Source: an uncultured Candidatus Saccharibacteria bacterium (GTDB lineage Bacteria > Patescibacteriota > Minisyncoccia > Sungbacterales > HO2-52-23). From it: a stretch of 64,000 bases of DNA. The notes under the pieces were generated by a model. That model made no database searches. It had not been told where the DNA came from and saw nothing but the letters and a program-made list of their open reading frames with translations. This document shows, one piece after another, positions 48,434 through 56,743 of the stretch (position 1 is the stretch's first letter; every line of letters starts with the position of its first letter). A program made the position numbers and the translations under genes. The stretch covers positions 7,983-71,982 of the forward strand of contig CAZPDF010000003.1 in NCBI GenBank assembly GCA_964585475.1, in the 5' to 3' direction.

Positions 48434-48522
48434 GAAACCACGAATTAGTACACGAAAGCCGCACTAATGACATGAATAAACGATATGAACATTCGTGTTG
48501 TTCGTGAATCGATTCGTGGTTT
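48428..48522. repeat. CACGAAT/ATTCGTG palindromic element, copy 4
   Basis: GGAAACCACGAAT ... ATTCGTGGTTTTATATTTCC. The ends are inverted copies of each other. Lies between convergent genes. Confidence 0.5.
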
Positions 48523-50042
48523 TATATTTCCTGTTTCGGCCTATATAGTAATGCTTCTCCGATATGGCCTTGTTCGATATCCTCCGCTCCGGCAAGATCC
48601 GCAATGGTGCGTGAGAGCTTGAGCACCCGATGATATGAGCGCGCGCTAAGCCCGTGTTGTTCGTGCGCCATACGCAGTACGGGCCTCAGTGAGTCCTTTA
48701 TTTTAATAAATTGTTTTATCTCACCGAGACCCATTTCGCTGTTGGTGTGAATCAATGTACCCCGAAAGCGTTTCTCCTGTACCGCTCGGGCAACCGCGAC
48801 CCGTTTTCGAACCTCTTCCGAGGACTCCGAATCCCCGCCTTCCAATTTCTCGTATTCAACCGCTGGCGTTTCGATGTGGATATCTATGCGATCGAGTATG
48901 GGGCCCGAAAGCTTTTTCTTGTATTTTTGTATTGCCCCGGGCAGACAGACGCAGTCCTTAACCGCGTTCCCGAGATTACCGCAAGGACAAGGATTCATGG
49001 CACCGACGAGCATCACATGGGCGGGGAAGGTTTCCACGCCCTGCACCCGCGTGACAGTCACCGTCCGTTCCTCAAGGGGCTGGCGGAGAGATTCGATTAC
49101 CCGGCGATCGAATTCCGGAATTTCGTCCAGAAACAATACTCCGCGGTGAGCCAGCGTTATTTCTCCAGGACGCGGATAAGACCCGCCGCCGATAATTGCG
49201 GTGTAGGAGGAGGTATGATGAGGATTGCGGAAGGGCCGGGATGTAATATACGGCCGTTTTCCGTCGAGGAGTCCTGCAATGCTGTATATTCGGCTGACCT
49301 CAAGGGCCTCTGCAAAAGAAAGCGGGGGCAGAATTGAGGGAAGGGCGCGGGCCAGGATGGTCTTTCCCGCTCCCGGCGGACCGGACATCAGAATATTATG
49401 GTTCCCGGCCGAGGCAACTTCAAGGGCGCGTTTAACCATTTCCTGTCCCCGAATGTCTTTGAAATCAATGTCCGAAGCGGTTTCATTCCTCCGCATCTCC
49501 TCACGGGGTAGGGGCGCGATAGTTTTTCTTCCGGAAAGATATTCTATGGTTTCCTGCAGGCTAGCAGTTTCAATTATTTCTATTCCATCAAGTATGGCGG
49601 CCTCGGCTCCGTTTCCGCGCGGAAGAATGATCCGGGAGAATCCGCTTGCGCGAGCAACCATGGCGATCGGAAGAACGCCGGAAACCTTGCGGAGGGTCCC
49701 ATCCAGCCCCAGTTCTCCCAGAATCAGGGTTCCGCGTGGCGCGAAGTTTATTTGGCCCGACGCAAGTAGATATCCTATGGCAATGGCCAAATCAAAAGCA
49801 GGTCCTTCTTTTTTGATGTCAGCCGGCGCAAGATTAATAATTACGCGTTGAGCCTTTTTATGCGGGGCAAGCGCCCCGAGGTTTTTGATGGCAGCGCCTA
49901 TTCGTTCGCGCGATTCCTGGACTTCTTTATCGGCCAGGCCCACAATCGAGAAAATGTGAAGGCCGGACGTTATGTCAACTTCCACCGAGATCGGACGCGC
50001 CTCAAGCCCCGTCACCTGGGCAGAGTATACTGTTACGGCCAT
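48522..50042 (-). CDS. comM: YifB/ComM family Mg-chelatase-like AAA+ ATPase
   Basis: N-terminal Lon-like domain, Walker A GPPGAGKT and a C-terminal ChlI-like domain. Confidence 0.9.
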   Translation of the reverse strand: MAVTVYSAQVTGLEARPISVEVDITSGLHIFSIVGLADKEVQESRERIGAAIKNLGALAPHKKAQRVIINLAPADIKKEGPAFDLAIAIGYLLASGQINFAPRGTLILGELGLDGTLRKVSGVLPIAMVARASGFSRIILPRGNGAEAAILDGIEIIETASLQETIEYLSGRKTIAPLPREEMRRNETASDIDFKDIRGQEMVKRALEVASAGNHNILMSGPPGAGKTILARALPSILPPLSFAEALEVSRIYSIAGLLDGKRPYITSRPFRNPHHTSSYTAIIGGGSYPRPGEITLAHRGVLFLDEIPEFDRRVIESLRQPLEERTVTVTRVQGVETFPAHVMLVGAMNPCPCGNLGNAVKDCVCLPGAIQKYKKKLSGPILDRIDIHIETPAVEYEKLEGGDSESSEEVRKRVAVARAVQEKRFRGTLIHTNSEMGLGEIKQFIKIKDSLRPVLRMAHEQHGLSARSYHRVLKLSRTIADLAGAEDIEQGHIGEALLYRPKQEI

Positions 50043-50093
50043 AAAAAAATCTGCCCCTCCCGTGCAGCTTATACGTTATTATAAAATTAAAAA

Positions 50094-50504
50094 TCAGGGC
50101 GTGTGCTCGGTATGATATTCCGCAGCCGGATTCGCGCGGAGTCTTTCGGGAGGTACCTCCTTTTTACACCTCATGCATATTCCGTAGTCACCCCGCTCTA
50201 TTCGTTCAAGCGCTTTGGTTATTTCAAGAAGCCGCGATTCTAAGCTGTGCTCGGCTTCAAGCCGTTCTTCGTATTCCTCCACCTCGTCCGCCTCTTCCTC
50301 CAGCGCGGCATGGGACCCTGACTCCGCCTCTTCAAATTTCGGGTATTCCGCATTCCAATTTCCCCCCATCTTGGGGTCGGCCTTGGCAAAGGATTTTAAT
50401 TCGGCAACGAGCTTATTGTGCTCGTTCTTTAGCGCCTTCTTAGATTCATCCAGCAGGGCCTGGTCCATGGAGGGTACTTTAACAAAGTGGGTAAAAATTT
50501 TCAA
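50094..50504 (-). CDS. DksA/TraR-family-like protein (C-terminal zinc finger partly degenerate)
   Basis: Acidic coiled-coil region, then YGICMRCKKEVPPERLRANPAAEY. Confidence 0.45.
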   Translation of the reverse strand: MKIFTHFVKVPSMDQALLDESKKALKNEHNKLVAELKSFAKADPKMGGNWNAEYPKFEEAESGSHAALEEEADEVEEYEERLEAEHSLESRLLEITKALERIERGDYGICMRCKKEVPPERLRANPAAEYHTEHTP

Positions 50505-50531
50505 CCCCGTTAACTGTTTAACGCTTTCTCA

Positions 50532-51425
50532 TCAGCGTACCTCAAATAAGCGGTCAACTGTTTTCTCTAGTGACTCGCGGGAGGTGGTGAGTATAAAAAC
50601 GTCATGCGCCGGGAATACCGCGTAGGCGATGCCGCTCGATCCATCGGCGGAGAGTTTTAAGAATCGCCAGTCAATATTGCGGTAAGTCCGATCTTCGAAA
50701 GCGGACGCTTGCTCCCCGGGCTTTTCACCAAAAAAGAAAGGCCCAAGATCAATCAGCATGTTCTTCTCCCAGGCAAGAAGATTAAACAACGTTCGGTCGG
50801 CATCGCGTACTCGTGCGGCAAGGCCTAGCCGCCCTCCGCCGCCCCCATGATAAACAAAGGGCATAAACGGCTGCTCCACGCTCGAAAGAAAGTTTTGTGG
50901 AGGCCGGATGCGATAAAGGCCAAAGAAATCGGCAAGTGTTGCTGGACGAACTTGGGGGCCGTCCTCCAGGGCAATTGCGATTCGCGTTATTGTGCCCGCG
51001 CGTTCCCCCTGCTTGACCGCCGCTTCAATTGTTTGGCCAAACCTGATCCGTCCTGCGGTTTTTGCCGTAATTTCAAGCGTACGTTCGCTCGAGAAAAGTT
51101 GCGACCCAGAATTTTTATTTGTGGGTTCCAGGGGCGCCGAAGCCGGAGCTCTAAGCCACCAGGACAAACTCAATGCGATGGCCGCGGTTAGTGTGCCGAT
51201 GAGCCCCACGGCAACAAGGGACCGGATCCAGCGCGGTCCGCCCCTTTCCTCTTTTCCGGTACGCGCCGCAATTTCCTGCCCCACGATGTGGATGAACGAA
51301 GGCTTGGTTTTTTGAAAAAGTTCCTGTATATCAGTTTTCATCGTTCGGATTGCTGGCGCGCGTCTCGGCACATTTGTTTCTCGAGCCGAAAGCTCTTTTT
51401 GTAGGTCTTGGATAGGATCGGACAT
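50532..51425 (-). CDS. single-pass membrane hypothetical protein
   Basis: One transmembrane helix (LVAVGLIGTLTAAIALSL). No recognisable domain. Confidence 0.35.
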   Translation of the reverse strand: MSDPIQDLQKELSARETNVPRRAPAIRTMKTDIQELFQKTKPSFIHIVGQEIAARTGKEERGGPRWIRSLVAVGLIGTLTAAIALSLSWWLRAPASAPLEPTNKNSGSQLFSSERTLEITAKTAGRIRFGQTIEAAVKQGERAGTITRIAIALEDGPQVRPATLADFFGLYRIRPPQNFLSSVEQPFMPFVYHGGGGGRLGLAARVRDADRTLFNLLAWEKNMLIDLGPFFFGEKPGEQASAFEDRTYRNIDWRFLKLSADGSSGIAYAVFPAHDVFILTTSRESLEKTVDRLFEVR

Positions 51426-51484
51426 AGAATGCCTTAAGTTAAAATCTCAAATCACAAATTTCAAATAACAAACTGACGCAGTGC

Positions 51485-51547
51485 GTCATCCTGAGGGAGC
51501 GAAGCGACTGAAGGAACCCTGAGTTCCTTCACTTCGTTCAGGACGAC
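51485..51547. repeat. GTCATCCTGAGCG-family palindromic element, copy F
   Basis: GTCATCCTGAGGGAGCGAAGCGACTGAAGGAACCCTGAGTTCCTTCACTTCGTTCAGGACGAC. Confidence 0.65.
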
Positions 51548-51659
51548 CTTCGGTCGGTTTGTAATTTGGTGCTTGGAATTTGGGATTTATATGGCCACCC
51601 TTATCATTTCTGGTGGCATAATCTGCAAGAGAGCTCTGGGGACCGATTAGGGCTTGGAG

Positions 51660-53849
51660 TTACCGTTGGTGGGGCCGCCCGGGTCTTCTGCCCCCGCGGG
51701 GCGCATAAGGCGTTCGTGCCCGTTCTTCCTGGCCGCGCGCTATCTCCTCTTCGCTGTAGCGTCCCGGTACGTCTTTTAGGGAAAGATTGATTCTCCCCTG
51801 CTCGTCAATGTTCCTTACTTTTACCGGCACAATATCTCCTATATTCACAATATCAGTTACTCTCTCCACGTGCCACGGCGCAAGCTCGGAGATATGGATA
51901 AGTCCGTCTTGCCTTGGCCCCACCTCTACCATTGCCCCGAAATCAAGTATGCGGCTAACCTTCCCCTCGAGAATCTCCCCGGGTTTTAGCTCCCGCGTAA
52001 CTTGCTTGATAAGGGACATCGCTTTTTTCATCCCGTTCTCGGTGGTGGAGGTAATGAAGACCGTTCCATCGTCTTCAATGTCAATTTGCGTTCCGGTCTG
52101 CGCAATAATATCGTTTATCACCTTTCCGCCGGGCCCGATGAGGGCCCCTATTTTTTCCGGATTGATTTTGAGAATATTTACTCTTGGTGCCCAAGGCGAG
52201 AGTTCGGGCCTGGGTTCTTTAATGACTTCCTGCATTCGGTCAAGGATCTCAAAGCGTGATCTTCTGGCTTGTTCCAACGTCGAGCGAAGCATTTCCGGCG
52301 TGATGCCCTCGATTTTTACGTCCATCTGCACGGCCGTGATGCCGTCGCGGGTCCCGGCCACTTTAAAATCCATATCGCCGTGGTGGTCTTCCGGCCCTTG
52401 AATGTCGGTGAGAACTTTGTAATCTCCCGTTTCATTTAACATAAGGCCCATGGCCGCACCTGCCGCCGGTTTCTTAAGTGGCACTCCCGCGTCCATCAAG
52501 GCCAGAGACGATCCGCATACGGACGCCATGGAGGTCGAGCCGTTCGAAGATAGGGCCTCGGAGACCACCCGAATAGTATAGGGGAAGTTTTCTTTAAGCG
52601 GGATCAAGGGAAGGAGCGCTCTTCCGGCCAGGGCCCCGTGCCCTATTTCTCTCCTGCCGGGGCCTCGCATGGGTTTCGTTTCTCCGGTTGAGAAGGGCGG
52701 GAAATTATAATGGTGCAGAAAGTGCTTTTTCGTGCGTATTTCCATCCCCTCTATGATTTGTTCATCCCCCGGAGCTCCGAGAGTGAGGGTGGAGAGAACA
52801 TGCGTCTCGCCCCGCATGAAAAGGCCGGATCCGTGAACTCGCGGAAGCATCCCCACGGCCACCCTAATTTCGCGAAGCTCGTCCGGTTTCCTTCCGTCCG
52901 GCCGCTCGCCCTTCCCGAGTATGCGCCGGTGCACGATTTCATTTATTTCCTCCTCAAAGAGAAAATCGGCGGCTGATTTTTGGAATTTTTCCGGGTGGAG
53001 TTCCTTGGCACGCATGACCCACTCCTCCCGCACGACCATCTCCGCATGCTTCATTGTCTTCTTCCCTTTTTGGTAGAGCGCTTCCTCAATGCGCGAGGAA
53101 AACTCCTTTTTAATGAGTGTGCGAAGTTCTTCCGGAGCTTCAAGTAGCGGAACCGGTGACTTTTGTCTCGGATTTTCGGCGATAATACGTTCTTGGAATC
53201 CGATAAATTCTTGCACGAATTTGTATCCCCACTCAACGGAGACAGCAAAATCTTCCTCCGAAATTTCGTTTGCGCCGGCTTCTATCATGTTTATCCGCTC
53301 TCGGGTTCCGGAGACAATGACATCCAGATCCCCCCTTTGCCGCTCCTCGTGGGTTGGGTTTAAAAGAAATTTTCCTTCTATTCTTCCAACGCGTACTCCT
53401 GCAATCGGGCCTTGCCAGGGAATGTCGGAGAGGGAAAGCGCCAGGGACGAAGCCAGAAGTGCTACGATATCCGGATCGTTCTCGTCATCCACCGAGAGAA
53501 TAGTAAGAACTAACTGCACCTCGTTTCTCATGCGCATGTCGAATCTGGGGCGGAGGGAGCGATCAATAAGCCGTGCGGCCAGAGTCGCCTCCTCCGAGGG
53601 CCTGGTTTCGCGTTTGACGAAGCGGGAGCCAAGAATTTTGCCCGTGGCGTAAAATTTCTCTTCGTACTCTACGGTAAGCGGGAAAAAATCGCCGCCCTCC
53701 CGCGGGGTTTTATTCATGACGGCGGTGGCGAGTACCATCGTATCTCCCAGACGCACCAAAACCGAGCCGTTGGCTTGTTCGGCCCAGTTATTGAGCTCTA
53801 TTAAAAAATTTTTCCCCCCTAACGAGTGCGAATACGTTTTAGTATCCAC
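51660..53849 (-). CDS. pnp: polynucleotide phosphorylase
   Basis: Two RNase PH domains, KH and S1 domains (GKVSRILDFGAMVEV). Arg-rich C-terminal tail. Confidence 0.95.
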   Translation of the reverse strand: MDTKTYSHSLGGKNFLIELNNWAEQANGSVLVRLGDTMVLATAVMNKTPREGGDFFPLTVEYEEKFYATGKILGSRFVKRETRPSEEATLAARLIDRSLRPRFDMRMRNEVQLVLTILSVDDENDPDIVALLASSLALSLSDIPWQGPIAGVRVGRIEGKFLLNPTHEERQRGDLDVIVSGTRERINMIEAGANEISEEDFAVSVEWGYKFVQEFIGFQERIIAENPRQKSPVPLLEAPEELRTLIKKEFSSRIEEALYQKGKKTMKHAEMVVREEWVMRAKELHPEKFQKSAADFLFEEEINEIVHRRILGKGERPDGRKPDELREIRVAVGMLPRVHGSGLFMRGETHVLSTLTLGAPGDEQIIEGMEIRTKKHFLHHYNFPPFSTGETKPMRGPGRREIGHGALAGRALLPLIPLKENFPYTIRVVSEALSSNGSTSMASVCGSSLALMDAGVPLKKPAAGAAMGLMLNETGDYKVLTDIQGPEDHHGDMDFKVAGTRDGITAVQMDVKIEGITPEMLRSTLEQARRSRFEILDRMQEVIKEPRPELSPWAPRVNILKINPEKIGALIGPGGKVINDIIAQTGTQIDIEDDGTVFITSTTENGMKKAMSLIKQVTRELKPGEILEGKVSRILDFGAMVEVGPRQDGLIHISELAPWHVERVTDIVNIGDIVPVKVRNIDEQGRINLSLKDVPGRYSEEEIARGQEERARTPYAPRGGRRPGRPHQR

Positions 53850-53894
53850 CTATCTTTTGGCGTTGGGATCGCGGAAGAAGAGAGCAATCGATAC

Positions 53895-54035
53895 GAGATC
53901 ATTCATCCAGCCCTCTTAGCTGTACGTAATTTATTCTGCCCCTAAGTACGCCTTAATATAATTATCTGGATAAATTATATCTCGGCGGCTTAGAGGGCTG
54001 GATGAATGATGTATCGCGTTTTAATTCCTTCTCTT
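53895..54035. promoter_or_regulatory. long hairpin in the pnp 5' leader (20-bp perfect inverted repeat)
   Basis: CATTCATCCAGCCCTCTTAGC ... GCTTAGAGGGCTGGATGAATG, arms about 75 nt apart. Immediately upstream of the pnp start. Confidence 0.45.
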
Positions 54036-54082
54036 TCTTCGCACTTCTCCCCACGCAATTTACATGTTAGATATCACATAAT

Positions 54083-54652
54083 TTACCTAATCCTCATAAG
54101 AAATTTTCTTTGGTCGGCTCCAAGATCTGTAAATTCGTCGGTTGATTCCTGAAGTTTTTGCGACGCCGACCTCGCAAATGCCATGACTTCTACCCGTACG
54201 CCGTTTGCTTTGAGGTATTCAACCAGCGGCACGAAGTCGCCGTCCCCGGTGATAAGGACTATGGCGTCAATAAAGGTTCCGGCGAGGCGAACCGCATCAA
54301 TGGCCATGCCCACATCCCAGTCCGCTTTCTTCATGCCCCCGGGGAAAATCTGCAGATCCTTGATGCGCGTCTCAATCCCCATTTTAGTCAGCGCTTCAAG
54401 AAACGGTTTCTCCTCTCCGGATTCGGTGCGAATGACATAGGCAAAAGCGCGGACAAGTTCCCTTCCCTCCACCGCAAAGCGCAATACCTCCTTGAAATTT
54501 ACGCGCGCGCCGTAAAGATTCTTGGCCGAGTGGTACAGATTCTGCACGTCAATGAATACGGCAACGCGCTGGGCTTTGTGTTTTAATATGTTCACTTCGT
54601 TCACGAAATCGCCAATCAGTCTTGAATTAATTCGCGAATAGATAATTCGCAA
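54083..54652 (-). CDS. NYN-domain (LabA-like) protein
   Basis: VAVFIDVQNLYHSAKNLYG ... IVLITGDGDFVPLVEYLKANG is the NYN/LabA pattern. Located between rpsO and pnp. Confidence 0.6.
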   Translation of the reverse strand: MRIIYSRINSRLIGDFVNEVNILKHKAQRVAVFIDVQNLYHSAKNLYGARVNFKEVLRFAVEGRELVRAFAYVIRTESGEEKPFLEALTKMGIETRIKDLQIFPGGMKKADWDVGMAIDAVRLAGTFIDAIVLITGDGDFVPLVEYLKANGVRVEVMAFARSASQKLQESTDEFTDLGADQRKFLMRIR

Positions 54653-54663
54653 GGGACTAGAGA

Positions 54664-54933
54664 TTACCTTTTCAACCCTAGTTTCTTTATAACGCTATTA
54701 TATTTTCTGATATTCGACTCCTTGAGATAGTCCAGAAACTTTTTTCTCCGCGCGACCATTCCCAAAAGCCCCCGGCGCGAGTGGTGGTCTTTTGGGTGGG
54801 TTTTCAAGTGTCCAGTCAGGCGGACGATCTCTTCTGTGAGCACGGCAATTTGCACCTCGCTGGATCCCGTGTCTTTATCATGGGCCCTGAATTTTTCAAT
54901 GATTTTTGATTTTTCTTTTTGGGCCAGAGCCAT
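54664..54933 (-). CDS. rpsO: 30S ribosomal protein S15
   Basis: [36 protein letters not shown]... is canonical S15. Confidence 0.9.
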   Translation of the reverse strand: MALAQKEKSKIIEKFRAHDKDTGSSEVQIAVLTEEIVRLTGHLKTHPKDHHSRRGLLGMVARRKKFLDYLKESNIRKYNSVIKKLGLKR

Positions 54934-55031
54934 ACTTTATGACTCTATCACGCCCCTGGTCTTTTTGCAATACCTTCACGACGCCGCTGTAATCTGATAT
55001 TTTAAAGAGAGTTCTTGTTGGAGAGAATATT

Positions 55032-56036
55032 ATGAAATCACGCGCTCTTGTATTAAGAGAGCTTATTGCCCGTCCGCAGGGCGTTTCGGTGCCCGGCATA
55101 ACCGTTCCCCTGGATGCGTATATAGCAGAGCTTATCGGCCTTTTGGCGGGATATGGCGGTGGATTCGCTCAAGCCGGCCAAGACGGGAAACCTGACCGTG
55201 GATTCATCTCTCGAGATGGTATGATCGGGCGCGCAAGAAGAATTGTTTCCGCCACTTCCCTTCCCATACTTTTCGACATTGACGACGGATACGGAGACGC
55301 CCTGATTGCGCGTGATACCGTTCGGGAACTTCTTGAAACCGTGCCCAATCTTGCGGCTTTTCATATCGAAGACCAGCGGTTTCCCAAGCGATGCGGACAT
55401 ATAGCCGGAAAGGACGTTTTGCCTCTGGACGAATTTCTGGGCAAACTTGATGCGGTCTTGGACATGCGAGAGAAACTGGGCAGGAAAGATGTCAGTGTAG
55501 TTGCCAGAACAGACGCCTTTAGCGCGGCCTCCGGAAAGAAGGACAAGAAGCTCGGCGGGGATATCCGTGAAGTCGTAAAAAGACTTTGCGCATATAAAAA
55601 ACTTGGAGCGGATGTGGGATGGGCTGAGACGCCCGACCCTCGCTATAAAGTTGCGGAAGAAATCGCGCTTAGAGTACGCGATAAATTTCCCGACTTTCCG
55701 CTGGCTTATAATGTTTCGCCTTCGTTCTCGCATGAGGATTGGGAGCGGTGGGCGGATGAGACCTCTGACGAGCGATTAAACGATTTGGGCTACAAACTCC
55801 GATTTATTACCTACTTTTCTTTGGTGGTGCAGGTCTGGGCAGTGGAGAGCTTTATGCGGGTGTTTAAGGACCTCGGCGCTACGCGGACTCTCCGCGAGAT
55901 TAAACGCATAGTTAAAGGGACCCTGGCTGAGAATATAATGAAATTGGTAGGAGTTCCGGAGGCCCTTGAACTTGAACGGCGTTTTATTCCGGGATCCGGC
56001 AAAAAACAGAAACACTCGGAGGGCTTCGGGGCGTAG
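55032..56036 (+). CDS. isocitrate lyase / PEP mutase superfamily enzyme (methylisocitrate lyase / PEP mutase-like)
   Basis: FDIDDGYGD and the K-R-C-G-H signature (FPKRCGHIAGK). Confidence 0.65.
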   Translation: MKSRALVLRELIARPQGVSVPGITVPLDAYIAELIGLLAGYGGGFAQAGQDGKPDRGFISRDGMIGRARRIVSATSLPILFDIDDGYGDALIARDTVRELLETVPNLAAFHIEDQRFPKRCGHIAGKDVLPLDEFLGKLDAVLDMREKLGRKDVSVVARTDAFSAASGKKDKKLGGDIREVVKRLCAYKKLGADVGWAETPDPRYKVAEEIALRVRDKFPDFPLAYNVSPSFSHEDWERWADETSDERLNDLGYKLRFITYFSLVVQVWAVESFMRVFKDLGATRTLREIKRIVKGTLAENIMKLVGVPEALELERRFIPGSGKKQKHSEGFGA

Positions 56037-56039
56037 ATA

Positions 56040-56068
56040 CGAAAACGACGGCCTCGCCGTCGTTTTTT
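56040..56068. terminator. bidirectional intrinsic terminator
   Basis: AAAACGACGGCCTCGCCGTCGTTTT. Confidence 0.6.
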
Positions 56069-56269
56069 AAATTCCGCCCGGCAGGATTCCGTCGCTCCGC
56101 TCCTAGAACCCGTCGCACTCGCTCAACCCGGTGGACTCGCTCGCGCTCCTTGAAACCTTGCGGTTTCAATACTTCCACTGCGGGAAAACTCCCGTTTTCC
56201 CGACCCCTTTCCCAGGTTCTCATCCTGCCGGAAGTTAAATTTCAAACCCGCTTTCAGTGGGTTTAAAAT

Positions 56270-56575
56270 TTTACAATCCGCCCGGCAGGATTCGAACCCC
56301 GCACAGCAGCAAGACTGTATGCGGGGCAGGCCTGCGATTAACTCGACTGCGGCATTTACCCCGTACTAAATTTATCCGGTTCGTCCCCCGAGACTCGAAC
56401 TCGGAACCGCCGCCTTAAGAGGGAGCTGCTCTACCAATTGAGCTAGGGGCGGACACAGAATCGGGACTCTACCGCTGAGCTATGCGCGGGTTTTGAAATT
56501 TTTCGCGCCCATCAGGACTCGAACCCCAAACCTCTTGGTCCGAAGCCAAGCGCTCTGTCTTCACCCTCCCACCTT
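56270..56575 (-). other. tRNA-like units of uncertain integrity (possible Lys-CTT-like unit, truncated Arg-like duplicate, 5' partial units)
   Basis: GGATTCGAACC / GGACTCGAACC T-loop complements and canonical D-arms (TAGCTCAATTGGTAGAGC) are present. The acceptor and anticodon stems of these units do not pair cleanly when folded by eye. Confidence 0.3.
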
Positions 56576-56578
56576 TCT

Positions 56579-56652
56579 CGTCCCTGCGAGGACTCGAACC
56601 CCGAACCTCTTGCTTCGAAGGCAAGCGCTCTGTCCAGTTGAGCTACAGGGAC
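56579..56652 (-). tRNA. tRNA-Arg (anticodon TCG)
   Basis: Minus-strand fold: GTCCCTG/CAGGGAC acceptor, GCTC/GAGC D-stem, CTTGC-CTTCGAA-GCAAG anticodon arm, CGGGG-TTCGAGT-CCTCG T-arm. Confidence 0.7.
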
Positions 56653-56708
56653 AAAGGTGGGAGGGCAAGTCGAGCTATGGGCGCATCGAAGAAAAAATAT
56701 CATAAAAG

Positions 56709-56736
56709 TTGAAAAATATCAAGTTTTTGATATAAT
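56709..56736 (+). promoter_or_regulatory. sigma70-like promoter upstream of cca
   Basis: TTGAAA, a 16-nt spacer, then TATAAT, ending 8 nt before the ATG. Confidence 0.45.
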
Positions 56737-56743
56737 AACAGCG

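Noticed and set aside
56092-56277. tmRNA hypothesis for the hairpin-rich 200 nt between the duplicated tRNA 3'-end fragments
   Set aside because: The second copy lacks a TTCG T-loop. No 5' GGGG...GAUUCGAC-type acceptor partner and no tag-peptide ORF were found.
56493-56705. Two overlapping 60-70 aa ORFs (RTRTPNLL... repeats)
   Set aside because: They are translations of the tandem tRNA-Arg-like units.
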